From assembly GCA_950097015.1 (NCBI GenBank), contig CATNEN010000038.1, positions 23,994,001 to 24,058,000 on the forward strand: a DNA stretch of 64,000 bases, read 5' to 3'. This document shows positions 52,930 to 64,000 of the stretch, in pieces (positions within the stretch are counted from its first letter, which is position 1; the number at the start of each line of letters is the position of its first letter). Both the position numbers and the translations under genes were made by a program. Source of the stretch: Macrostomum hystrix (Eukaryota > Animalia > Platyhelminthes). Below the pieces are notes generated by a model. The model was not told the origin of the DNA. It did no database searches and saw nothing but the letters and a program-made list of their open reading frames with translations.

Positions 52930-54116
52930 TTTTCAGAGACGCTCTTTGAGGAGCATAGTTTCAGAGACGCTCTTTGAGGAGCATAGTTTCAGAGACGCTC
53001 TTTGAGGAGTATAGTTTCAGAGACGCTCTTTGAGGAGCATAGTTTCAGAGACGCTCTTTGAGGAGTATAGTTTCAGAGACGCTCTTTGAGGAGCATAGTT
53101 TCAGAGACGCTCTTTGAGGAGTATAGTTTCAGAGACGCTCTTTGAGGAGCATAGTTTCAGAGACGCTCTTTGAGGAGTATAGTTTCAGAGACGCTCTTTG
53201 AGGAGCATAGTTTCAGAGACGCTCTTTGAGGAGTATAGTTTCAGAGACGCTCTTTGAGGAGCATAGTTTCAGAGACGCTCTTTGAGGAGCATAGTTTCAG
53301 AGACGCTCTTTGAGGAGTATAGTTTCAGAGACGCTCTTTGAGGAGTATAGTTTCAGAGACGCTGTTTGAGGAGTATAGTTTCAGAGACGCTGTTTGAGGA
53401 GTATAGTTTCAGAGACGCTCTTTGAGGAGCATAGTTTCAGAGACGCTCTTTGAGGAGTATAGTTTCAGAGACGCTCTTTGAGGAGCATAGTTTCAGAGAC
53501 GCTCTTTGATGAGCATAGTTTCAGAGACGCTCTTTGAGGAGTATAGTTTCAGAGACGCTCTTTGAGGAGTATAGTTTCAGAGACGCTCTTTGAGGAGTAT
53601 AGTTTCAGAGACGCTCTTTGAGGAGTATAGTTTCAGAGACGCTGTTTGAGGAGTATAGTTTCAGAGACGCTCTTTGAGGAGTATAGTTTCAGAGACGCTC
53701 TTTGAGGAGCATAGTTTCAGAGACGCTCTTTGAGGAGCATAGTTTCAGAGACGCTCTTTGAGGAGCATAGTTTCAGAGACGCTCTTTGAGGAGTATAGTT
53801 TCAGAGACGCTCTTTGAGGAGCATAGTTTCAGAGACGCTCTTTGAGGAGCATAGTTTCAGAGACGCTCTTTGAGGAGTATAGTTTCAGAGACGCTCTTTG
53901 AGGAGTATAGTTTCAGAGACGCTGTTTGAGGAGTATAGTTTCAGAGACGCTGTTTGAGGAGTATAATTTCAGAGACGCTCTTTGAGGAGTATAGTTTCAG
54001 AGACGCTCTTTGAGGAGTATAGTTTCAGAGACGCTGTTTGAGGAGTATAGTTTCAGAGACGCTGTTTGAGGAGTATAATTTCAGAGACGCTCTTTGAGGA
54101 GTATAGTTTCAGAGAC
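52930..54116. repeat. 28 bp minisatellite (TTTCAGAGACGCTCTTTGAGGAGYATAG)n
   Basis: Direct periodicity. Confidence 0.95.
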
Positions 54117-57100
54117 GATTTTTGAGGTTTCAGGGACCCTCTTTGAGGCTTGAAGTTTGAGGTTTTTGAGGCTATTCCATATATATCATATCAGGGGCAT
54201 TCTTAAGGGTAGGAATCCATTTATTGCAAAAGTGCACAGACAGAGGGAAGAAGTAGCTGGCAAGAGTGGGGTTCGAGTTTTCTGTTACTATCGCTCTTCC
54301 TATGTTGATTTGTCTTTTCACCATTGTATTTGTAACTGCCGTAGTCAGAGGTGCACGATACTTCATGGTTTCGGCAGTAAATATTTTGAATGCACAAATG
54401 CAAACTATAAAACATTTCCCTGTACGATAGTTATGTTTTCACAAAAAAATATTTTAAACTTAAGTGTAGGCGTGTTTTTAAGTGACACGCGTGTTTTTAG
54501 TCTGCAAGGCGCAACTGAAAATGTCCTCTGCACAGGGATTTTAAAAGAAAAGTTCAATACCTTCCTGAATGCCAATGCTGGGAGCTATTTTGGGGAATAA
54601 GTTCCCCTCCAAAGAGAAACAACGAATCTTCGTGGGTTTGAAAAATGTTTTCTCCGACAACTAAAAGAATTGTTTGCAATTAATGCATTTATTGCACGTA
54701 TGTTTAAAAAATATTGGTTCCAAGAGTGGACGGAGTCAACACAAAGAGTTATAGACGACCCATTTTCATGTAAAACAGCGATATAATAAGTGATTGCTGG
54801 GCCTGAATGTGTGCTGCGATTTCAACAGGATGGATGGACCACAGCTGTCTGTCTGCGTGTCGCCTCTCATACCAAAGCTCATAGGCAAAATATGCACGAC
54901 GAACGAACTTCGAAAGTAGGAATACAGGGATTTTTCCACACAGTTGACACCCCGGGCCAGGGTAAGAGAGACAGAGAGAGGAGTTGACTCCCCATAGGTA
55001 GGAGGTCGGCCCAGAAGCCATGTTTCGACGCTTTAAAAACTCCCCATTCCATTTTCCTTCATCCATCGTCATTTATCTGTTTCTCCCCCTTCTATATACA
55101 TTTGGCCTCGGACACTTGTAACGCGTAGGAAGGCCCGGCAGCCTCTCAGACAACAACCCCCCTGTACCGTGGTATGTGTCCTCCCGCAACCCGAAATACC
55201 GCGAACTTTTGCATACCTTTATTAACATTTTCCTCCCTTGTAAGATTCTGCATGCGGGGGTGGCGGCCGCAACTGCAGCACGGATTCCGTGCCCTTCGTC
55301 CGCGACCTTCTGCCCGATCTGCCAAACACTCGGCACTCGCCTTCTAGCAAAAACTCCCCCCTCTAAATGATGAAGTAAAATTTATTTATTCCTATAGTTT
55401 ATTTTTTCTCTCGCCATGTTGCACTGGCTTTGCATTTCAACAAGAAACATTTACACATTAATCGATATTTTTACCTTATACGCTCGTATCTATGCACTCT
55501 CGCATGAGGATCTGAATCCCGTGGTGGGTATTAATTTCCTAATCTTCTCCTATCAGTCATTGCATTCGCACTGCCAAGAGTCGCCAACCCCTCCATCAAG
55601 TTGAAGAGGACACTTTCACCATGACTTTCCTTCAAAACATATGCAGGAAGGGCGAAAAAAGTTTCGCATCTGTCCGCAGCTGCTGTATCGCAGAGTCTGA
55701 GTGTTGCCAAGCAACGCCTTCCATCATTTTGTCGTAGTTTTATCAGTTTTATCATTCGCCCGTTTTATTACGAGTACAAGATCTAACCTATAAACTTCCA
55801 GGAGTGCATGAGTAGCTCCTGCTTACAGTTGGGCTACCGGAATGTCAAGATTTAAAACTTTGTCAGTGCACCGCGAATATTTTATTGCATGTCTGTGACT
55901 TTCTTGGAAATAAACTTCGTATAAACTTAGGAAAATACGAAGACTAAAAAATCAAGGTGGCTATTGATTAGTCCGATTGGAATTAATTTCTGTCTGTCTG
56001 TCTCGCCTTTATCCCCAGAAATATTATTATTATTTTTATATTTTTTTATCTATCCAATGAAACAACTTTCATAATCACGAAACATCTGAATTGTCGAGAT
56101 ATGTAATGATTCTCGTCGGGGTGTCTGGTGGCAAAAACCGCTAATATTGGCAAAAATTTTCTGCTCACAAAATTTCATCGTGTAATCATGTCGGCTATGA
56201 TTTATCACAATTTTGGAGTGATTAAATAGTATTTTTTCGCTTTTAAACCAATATGGTTTTGCCATTGAGGTTTATACAGACCAATTTTACTTGTCCTTGT
56301 CACTGCTGCAGTGTCTTCGACAAGAATCGTTGAATATCTCGACGTGTGCTGACGTCGGATGGCTTTGATAGTACGCCATGTAGTTCGTCGTAAGGGGTGG
56401 AAATTTTTTATACATAGATTAGAATTTCACGAAAATCGGTCATTCTTTGGGAGCTTATCGTGGAAGTAGGCAGTGGGTATTTGAAATACCCCGAGGTCCT
56501 TCCCCAGGGGGGCAATTGCGTTGGTCTTTTTACCGTTCAAGGACCACTTAGTAGCACTTCGATAGTTAGTTTTGAATTTGTTGTCCTTGCTTTAGCTTTG
56601 AATTTGTTTATGGCGTAATTGAAAGCGTGCTTGGATAACCTGAGTTTTTTCTGAAGTTTACAAGTGTTTTTTCTTGCAAGCAGCTCGTGGTGAATATTGT
56701 TAGAAAATCTTGAGAGGTATCGATATTTCAGATCAGAACAGAACAGAAGAATGTAGAGGGAAATCTCAGTGTTTAAGAAATATGCGCTATAGTGCTCCAT
56801 TTGGCATTTTGAGATTGACAGCTTAACGCGAAATTGTAAAGAAAAAAATTCGTGTAAATGTCTACTAAATTTTTGTGCAAGTGCATATTTTTTACCACTT
56901 GTATAGTTTCCTGTAAAGATATTTAATTGGGAAATTGCGCACCTATACGAACACGTAATCCAAAAACATGCTTTAGTTTCACAATAAATCAAAGGGCTAA
57001 CAGTCTTTGAGTCTTACTTTTAGTAGGGCTACTAGTAAAATACAGCAGTTGCAGCAAATATAGCGACTTTTTGCCTGCGAATTATCACAATCGGGGCTCG

Positions 57101-57839
57101 AGTCCTAGGCGAGGCCACATTCATTTTGAGCTTGGTAGCAATGCAAATAACCTTAAAACTCTGTGACGTTTTAAGTGCGAACTAGTTAAATCTGGGTACT
57201 TTTAATTTATTTTAGCCAAGCAAGCAAATTATTTAATCGCATTAGTCCGGCTAACTGTACGCAAATCATTCGTAAATATAAACAGCAATATTATATTTAA
57301 AAAATTGAATTTCTAAATGAATTTTTTATCTGTAAATAAATTGAGTAGCTAAGAATAAAATGTGGAAGACACGACCAGAAGCAGAAAATTAGCAGCAGTT
57401 AATGCTTCACTAAATATTGCTTAGGAAATGAATTTCAATTTACCCATTATAAAAGAACTAAGCGTCAAATAAAGCAGAATGAATGGTTTAGGAAATTTGT
57501 GTTTGATGAATGTCGAAAGATGGGGATCAGTTTATCAGGTAAAATAGCATCAACCGACGGGACGGAGACTGGATGAAAATGGGTGTTATTAACTGATACG
57601 AATCATTCACAACGTAAATTGGCCATTAATTGTAACCATAATTAATTTTAATTTAAAATAAACCTATTCGTTCAGGCGAGAGAAGTTAATAATATAATTT
57701 TACTAAGGTAACACCAATACCTGAATTCTCCAATTTCGCATTTTTTGAAAAATTTAGGATTAACGATCAGATTAGATTATTCGAACGAAAATAATCCAGG
57801 AAATATCAGGCATAATTTTTTTTGAAGTTCAGAGTAAAA

Positions 57840-58467
57840 CAGGGGTCGGCAAACTACGGCCCGCTGGCCGGGCGCGGCCCTCGAAGCTAAATCAAAGCTC
57901 CCAAACCGTTGCCCCTTCCGACACCTATAGTATCCTGTTTCATCTTTCGTATCTCATCTCTCCTCGGTTTCGTCTTTCCCGTGATTATCCGTCCCCTGTC
58001 TCATCTCTCCCGTATATCATCTCTCCCGTGTCTCATCTCTCCCTTGTCTCATCTCTCCTGTGTCTCATCTCTCCCGTGTCTCATCTCTCCCGTATATCAT
58101 CTCTCCCGTGTCTCATCTCTCCTGTGTCTCATCTCTCCCGTGTCTCATCTCTCCCCTGTCTCATCTCTCCCGTATATCATCTCTCCCGTGTCTCATCTCT
58201 CCCCTGTCTCATCTCTCCGCTGTCTCATCTATCCGCTGTCTCATCTCTCCGCTGTCTCATATCTCCCCTGTCTAATCTCTCCCATATATCATCTCTCCGT
58301 TGTCTCATCTCTCCCCTGTCTAATCTTTCCCATATATAATCTATCCCCTGTCTCATCTCTCCCCTGTCTCATTTCTCTCCTATCTTATATTTCTTCTGTC
58401 AATGCGGCCCGTTGTCGTCTTTTAGGTTGCCTCTTGGCCCGCTAGCTAATAAATTTGCCGACCCCTA
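57840..58467 (+). mobile_element. Non-autonomous hAT-type MITE with internal 16-bp minisatellite
   Basis: TIRs CAGGGGTCGGCAAA / TTTGCCGACCCCTA; flanking 8-mers GAGTAAAA / GAGAAAAA (7/8 TSD). Confidence 0.85.
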
Positions 58468-58504
58468 GAGAAAAAAAACATATCTGCCAGCAATTACATC
58501 TCTC

Positions 58505-59620
58505 TCAGTCAGTTTTCTTGTCATGGACCATCGCACGAATCTCGCCATTGATCTTGTTGGTATCTGGCTGGTTAGGCCTATCAGGCTTAGTTTGGTCGGT
58601 CATTGTGGCAGTCTGCCTAGGAGGCGCTGGTACCAGAAACGACGCGGCCAAGACGCCGAATACAGCCAGGTGTCCAATCCACATCATGGTTCCGTGATAA
58701 TAGGCCAGCACCAGATCCAGGTGTAACAAGGTAAACGGCACCACAATATAGGCCAGGATAAGTTGAGTTATGATCCAGGTTAACACGTGATAGATGAACA
58801 GCTGATTGGCCGCCACAAATCTTGGTCTAAGCAGTCGCCGCATCCTTCTAGCCGCAACAGTTGTCGGCACAGCGAACAGGAAGGTGAAATAATAGCCCGG
58901 ATAGAAGCCGTGCCACATGGCCGACAGGACAAAAGTGCCCGGCAACTTCAGTTTGGACGGCAGGCGACTATAAGCAACCAGTCTGAGCCACGCATTGGTT
59001 GATGTGTTCCACGCGTCAACGTAAGACTTGAACGAGTTGGCCAACTCTAGGCCGATAATGCTGACATTCTCAATGCCAGTCCAGTCGCTCTTCTCGCGGT
59101 TGTAGCCGTAGCCAGCGGCAAGCTGAATACAACTACCCAGATTCCAAGCGAAATAGTACTTTAGCCTGGCGATCATCATCACCATGTAGGTTAGACCGAG
59201 GCGTACGACAAACGATTTCTCCTGGGCATAGTCCACTAGCAGGCTTGGCGGCCACTTCGGTACAACCAGAAGTACTCCAGCCATTAGGGCGAATGTGAGG
59301 ATCAAATGACGAACCAGAGCTCTCTTGCGTCCCTTGGCTTTGAAGTTAGCCGGCTGTTGCTCCATGAAGTGAATGTACTCCGAGTAGAACGATAGCGGAC
59401 CAACAACAACGCCATGGAAGAAGAACACGTAAGAGGCTAGCTGTAGTAGTGTCGGCCGCTTCTCAACCATGAGTCGCTGATTCTCCTCTGGCAGACGGTC
59501 GCGATCTTTGCGCGAGTAGTCGTGCAGGCTGAACGCCAGCGAAGTCAACTTCTGGGTGCTGATCATCACAGGCGCAGTGAAGTCGACGGTGCTGAGGTCC
59601 TTCTGCATGATTCGCTTCAC
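58505..59620 (-). CDS. MBOAT1/2: MBOAT-family lysophospholipid acyltransferase (MBOAT1/2, oysgedart-like), exon 2 of 2 (~491 aa total)
   Basis: APVMISTQKLTSLAF, VVGP, KYYFAW, WNTSTNAWLR, LSAMWHGFYPGYY (catalytic His); acceptor ATGCAG|GTG. Confidence 0.92.
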   Translation of the reverse strand: MKRIMQKDLSTVDFTAPVMISTQKLTSLAFSLHDYSRKDRDRLPEENQRLMVEKRPTLLQLASYVFFFHGVVVGPLSFYSEYIHFMEQQPANFKAKGRKRALVRHLILTFALMAGVLLVVPKWPPSLLVDYAQEKSFVVRLGLTYMVMMIARLKYYFAWNLGSCIQLAAGYGYNREKSDWTGIENVSIIGLELANSFKSYVDAWNTSTNAWLRLVAYSRLPSKLKLPGTFVLSAMWHGFYPGYYFTFLFAVPTTVAARRMRRLLRPRFVAANQLFIYHVLTWIITQLILAYIVVPFTLLHLDLVLAYYHGTMMWIGHLAVFGVLAASFLVPAPPRQTATMTDQTKPDRPNQPDTNKINGEIRAMVHDKKTD

Positions 59621-59679
59621 CTGCATGTGCATAGCGTAGCTATTGGCAATGATGGGTCTCGTTTGCGACAGCCTTGGGA

Positions 59680-59945
59680 TTTAGATTTTGTTTAATCCTT
59701 AAGATATTCCACAAGATCCTAGGGATTTAGATTCCACAATATTATATGGATTTAGATTCCACAAAATAGTAGGGATTTAGATTCTACTAAACAATTAGGA
59801 TTTAGATTTCTCAAAATCTTATAGATTTAGATTCCAAATAAGCCTTGAGATCTATGTACCGCTGAATCCTAGGGATCAAGAGTCCACGGAATTCTTGGGG
59901 TCAGGATATCACAAGATCCTGAGAATCATTGGATTCTACAAAATG
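59680..59945. repeat. Degenerate ~30 bp repeat (GGATTTAGATTCCACAA core) in the MBOAT intron
   Basis: Recurrent GATTTAGATT cores. Confidence 0.6.
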
Positions 59946-59966
59946 CTAGTAATTTAAAGGACTAAC

Positions 59967-60326
59967 CTGCAGGTAGCACAGAATAGCCATTGAGTCTATC
60001 AGGATCAGCATAGCAGCAGAGCGGGAGTCCCGCACAGTGCTCAGTATCATCCATGCCAAGCCAACCTGCAGCAGCATATAGAGCACATTTGAGCCAAAAA
60101 TCATGGCTAGAAATAGTACGCCTAGAGTGGCGGCCAACCGGTGCAGAGCTTCCGTGCTCAGCAGGCGTCGATTCTTGACTATGTAGAAACCGATGGCGCA
60201 AACTATCGACAGAGCGTGCACTAAAACAAATAGAAACTCGCCTCGGTCAACTATTAGACCACCAAATGCGAGTTGCTGCTGTTGCTGCTGTTGTCGATCG
60301 AATTCCGACTGGTCTGAAAACGTCAT
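59967..60326 (-). CDS. MBOAT1/2: MBOAT acyltransferase, exon 1
   Basis: ATG at 60326, hydrophobic TM segments, donor CAG|GTTAGT, phase 0. Confidence 0.85.
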
Positions 60327-61348
60327 TTCAAAGTTCTGTACTTGATCTTCTTTTTTAGAAGTAGAATACGAAGATAGACTAATTGTCCGTCCGTGTTTTA
60401 ATATTTATTTGTTATCGTAATTGTGCAGTAATGGGGGTACCAGTTTTGTCAGACCAATACGCATTTTAAATTAATGATACATCGGGAGGGCGGGGTGGGT
60501 GTCCAGTCAAGTTGGTTGAATCAATCTTCTTGTCCTCTCTGGTTCCTCTGCGCCAACCCCCTACTAGCGTGTCTGCTTGTGTGGATATAAAATCTCTCTG
60601 AAAAATGTATATGTACATTGTCTACGGTGTACATTGGCTTCGAAAACCCCAGCCCCACCTCCCTCCCGCGCCACCCCAAGTCTAGGCCAGTGCCAACAGT
60701 CTTTGGTCGATTTCGGTTGGGGAGGTGGGAAAGGCACTGTGATTCACGACTTGCTTGTCTAGTCTGCCCCAGACTAGACTTATCACGCGAATTTTTCTAT
60801 CTTTCTTTCCCTTTTTCTTTCCCTCAATTCCTCCACTGAAAGAAATGGAAACGAAAAATATTTTGTTAAAGTTTATTAATTCAGGACTGTCAAATGGGTA
60901 GGACTCGTAGGAGGAATCGAACAACTGTGTAATTACAAGTGTGTAATTCTGAATAGATGGGACCATTTTAGAACTTTTGATACTATAAATACTGTATAGC
61001 TACGAGCAAAACAGATGCTATTTTTATGACAGTTGTGACCGTGTGAAGAGACAAGCCTTGCGCTGTGCAAATGATTTTAGTTGTGTCGTGAATAAGCATG
61101 TGTGTAAAAGCAGTAAATTTGCAGTACAACTGAAAAGCTATAATTGATGGCAAACTGATAGGAAATTTTCTGAATTTTTGCAAAAATGTAAGGGGTAATC
61201 CTACTGGTAGTTCTACTGGCGTATACGAGGATTAATATGGTAAATATGATAATAAGCAGTATGAAAATCAGCATTAAAGAAATGAATATTTGTAAAATTC
61301 ATTGGAGCAACATGAAAGGTAAATAAAAAACGATTAGCTTGTTTATGG

Positions 61349-62553
61349 CAGGGGTAGGCAAACTTATTTGCTGGCGGGCCAAAGAGAGAACCTAAAAGAC
61401 GACAGCGGGCCGCATTGACTGTATAAATATGAGACACGGGAGAGATTAGACACAGGAGAGATGAGACACGGGAGAGACAAGACACAGGAGAGATGAGACA
61501 CGGGAGAGATTAGACACGGGATAGATGAGACACGGGAGAGATGAGACACGGGAGAGATTAGACACGGGATAGATGAGACACGGGAGAGATGAGACACGGG
61601 ATAGATGAGACACGGGAGAGATGAGACACGGGAGAGATGAGACACGGGAGAGATTAGACACGGGATAGATGAGACACGGGAGAGATGAGACACGGGAGAG
61701 ATTAGACACGGGATAGATGAGACACGGGAGAGATGAGACACGGGAGAGATTAGACACGGGATAGATGAGACACGGGATAGATGAGACACGGGAGAGATGA
61801 GACACGGGAGAGACAAGACACAGGAGAGATGAGACACGGGAGAGATTAGACACGGGATAGATGAGACACGGGAGAGATGAGACACGGGAGAGATTAGACA
61901 CGGGATAGATGAGACACGGGAGAGATGAGACACGGGATAGATGAGACACGGGAGAGATGAGACACGGGAGAGATGAGACACGGGAGAGATTAGACACGGG
62001 ATAGATGAGACACGGGAGAGATGAGACACGGGAGAGATTAGACACGGGATAGATGAGACACGGGATAGATGAGACACGGGAGAGATGAGACACGGGAGAG
62101 ATTAGACACGGGATAGATGAGACACGGGATAGATGAGACACGGGAGAGATGAGACACGGGAGAGACAAGACACAGGAGAGATGAGACACGGGAGAGATTA
62201 GACACGGGATAGATGAGACACGGGAGAGATGAGACACGGGAGAGATTAGACACAGGATAGATGAGACACGGGATAGATGAGACACGGGAGAGATGAGACA
62301 CGGGAGAGATGAGACACGAGAGCGATGAGACACAGGAGAGATTAGACACGGGAGAGATGAGAAACAGGAGAGATTAGACACGGGAGAGATTAGACACGAG
62401 AGAGATGAGAAACAGGAGAGATTAGACACGGGATCGAGATCAGACACGAGAGAGATGAAACAGGACACTGTAGATGTCAGAAGGGGCAACGGGCCGGATT
62501 TGGGAGCTTCGAGGGCCGCATCTGGCCCGCGGGCCGGAGTTTGCCGACCCCTG
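61349..62553 (-). mobile_element. Second copy of the same hAT-type MITE, inverted, with expanded internal minisatellite
   Basis: TIRs CAGGGGTAGGCAAAC / GTTTGCCGACCCCTG; TSD GTTTATGG / CTTTATGG (7/8); subterminal GTCAATGCGGCCCG..GTCGTCTTTTAGGTT shared with copy 1. Confidence 0.87.
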
Positions 62554-62827
62554 CTTTATGGGGAGTGAAAATGTCATTTTTCTAAGAAACGTCTACATCT
62601 ACTCCTATTGGTCATTGCACGGTTACGACTCCGCCATTACGAACACCCTAAATTGTTTCTTATCGTGTTATTTCCTATTTGGAATTGTAGAATTGGGAAA
62701 TTATGCAACCTTAGTTGCTAATGTTTCCCAAACTTGTCAAGTTGTCAGCGCCTGTTCGTAAATTATCCACTTTGGACTGATTTTAGTCTTACTCGTACAT
62801 TAATACTAATAGTAATAATGCTCGTAA

Positions 62828-63176
62828 TTGCAGGATGGCTTTGGGAAAAGTCACATTATTTGTTGACTCTAGACCCGCAGCCAGCGGGGAGGCACTTCTG
62901 CCCATTTCGCTGACTCCTGAGCACACACGCACACAGATACTGTACGCAGGCACACGCTCACACAGGTGTGTACATCTGCCCTGACTTTCTTATCGTCAGG
63001 CAGTGTACACTCTCACTGTGCCTTGGAGGTTGGTCCTCAAGGGCGTAAACTGCGCGACAAATCACCAAAGCCTTCTCTCCGCGGCTGCGCCCCAAATGAA
63101 TGTGGCCTCGCCGCGGAATCGAACTTAGGGGACCGTGGTGCGAGAGGCAAACGCGTCAACCGCCACTCATCCCCCC
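62828..63176 (-). mobile_element. SINE family A, near full-length copy
   Basis: B-box GTTCGATTCC; body matches 11048-11400. Confidence 0.85.
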
Positions 63177-63271
63177 TTAACTACTCGTACATAACACACA
63201 TTGAACAGTTTTGTTTCATTTGCGCTTACTCATTCCCTGACCTCCGCTCCCTCCTTCTCCGTTGATGTTAG

Positions 63272-63591
63272 CCGTCGACATGTGGTCCGCCGGCGCAGTG
63301 ATTTTCTTCGTAGCCACAGGCTATTCGCCTTTCGCCCCAGCCCGTCACGAGCCCAAGGAGGTTGTGTACTCTCGCGTGGCCACAGTCGGCTGCGACTGGT
63401 CCCTGCTAGCTGGGCACGACTGCGAGCCGCTAGTTCGTCGACTGCTAGTTAAAGAGGCCGGCGGAAGACTCACGGCTGAAGTGGCTCTCAAACACGAATT
63501 CCTAATGCAGCGACCTAATAGCGTCAGCGAAGGCGGTGAAACAGTTGAAAATCAAGTCGAAGATCCGACTGTACAATTAGCCAGCGATTGA
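63272..63591 (+). CDS. STK17: DRAK/STK17-like kinase, exon 4
   Basis: TTAG|CC completes (A)VDMWSAG; TGYSPF, RLTAEVALKHEFL; stop TGA. Confidence 0.88.
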
Positions 63592-64000
63592 GTCAACTAA
63601 TTTTTTTCCGGCTTTTCAAAAGGTAAGGCTATACAGCTAAGCAGAAATTAAAAAACCGAATGCTTTTTAATAAGAACTCTTAAATTAAAGTAGCCACTAA
63701 CTTCGTCTTATCGGGTTACTTGCATTAGGTTCGTGTCAAAGTAGAGGTGTGTCTGTACATGACATAATCTTATCGAACATTCACAAAATTTTGGTTATCG
63801 CCTAGTTACTTCGTACTCGTATAGTGTGTGTTCTAGAGTCAATATGCTCACGATTGCACGCAGTTAAAACTGGATCTTTCTTCTTATCTAAAGCTTGAAT
63901 TCAATTATTCAAAATCGCTATAAAAACCTGCAAGGCTTTTTTCTGCACCCATTTGCTGCCAAATCCCATTCTGTTTTCTCATTACCCCTTGGTAGTTTTA

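Noticed and set aside
54180-57000. Possible decayed transposon or pseudogene in the kinase intron
   Set aside because: Short broken ORFs with no recognisable motif or termini; needs BLASTX/Dfam
57840-62553. MBOAT having been inserted by the MITE pair as one transposition event
   Set aside because: Outer flanks (GAGTAAAA vs CTTTATGG) do not match, while each MITE has its own TSD

Overview
Eukaryotic (metazoan) genomic DNA. GC-rich, polyQ/polyA-containing exons and roughly 35-40% minisatellite content suggest a free-living flatworm such as Macrostomum; this is an inference, not verified. Four spliced protein-coding genes were assembled by hand with GT-AG junctions and consistent phases. (1) A 3-exon DEG/ENaC-family channel (+, 8704-20772, ~751 aa) with non-canonical gating and filter motifs. 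(2) An 8-exon otopetrin proton-channel homologue (-, 27161-50822, ~916 aa), convergent with the channel gene. (3) A 4-exon DRAK/STK17-like kinase (+, 51282-63591, ~344 aa), head-to-head with otopetrin, with 459 bp between the start codons. (4) A 2-exon MBOAT lysophospholipid acyltransferase (-, 58505-60326, ~491 aa), nested antisense in the kinase's 10.4-kb third intron and bracketed by two inverted, minisatellite-carrying hAT MITEs. Two tRNA-derived SINE families and more than 20 tandem arrays fill the introns and intergenic DNA, and most long ORFs in the ORF track are translations of these arrays. The most notable structures are recurring inverted repeats around splice sites and exons, the MITE-bracketed nested gene, and the atypical channel residues. 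No clearly new biological system could be established from sequence alone.
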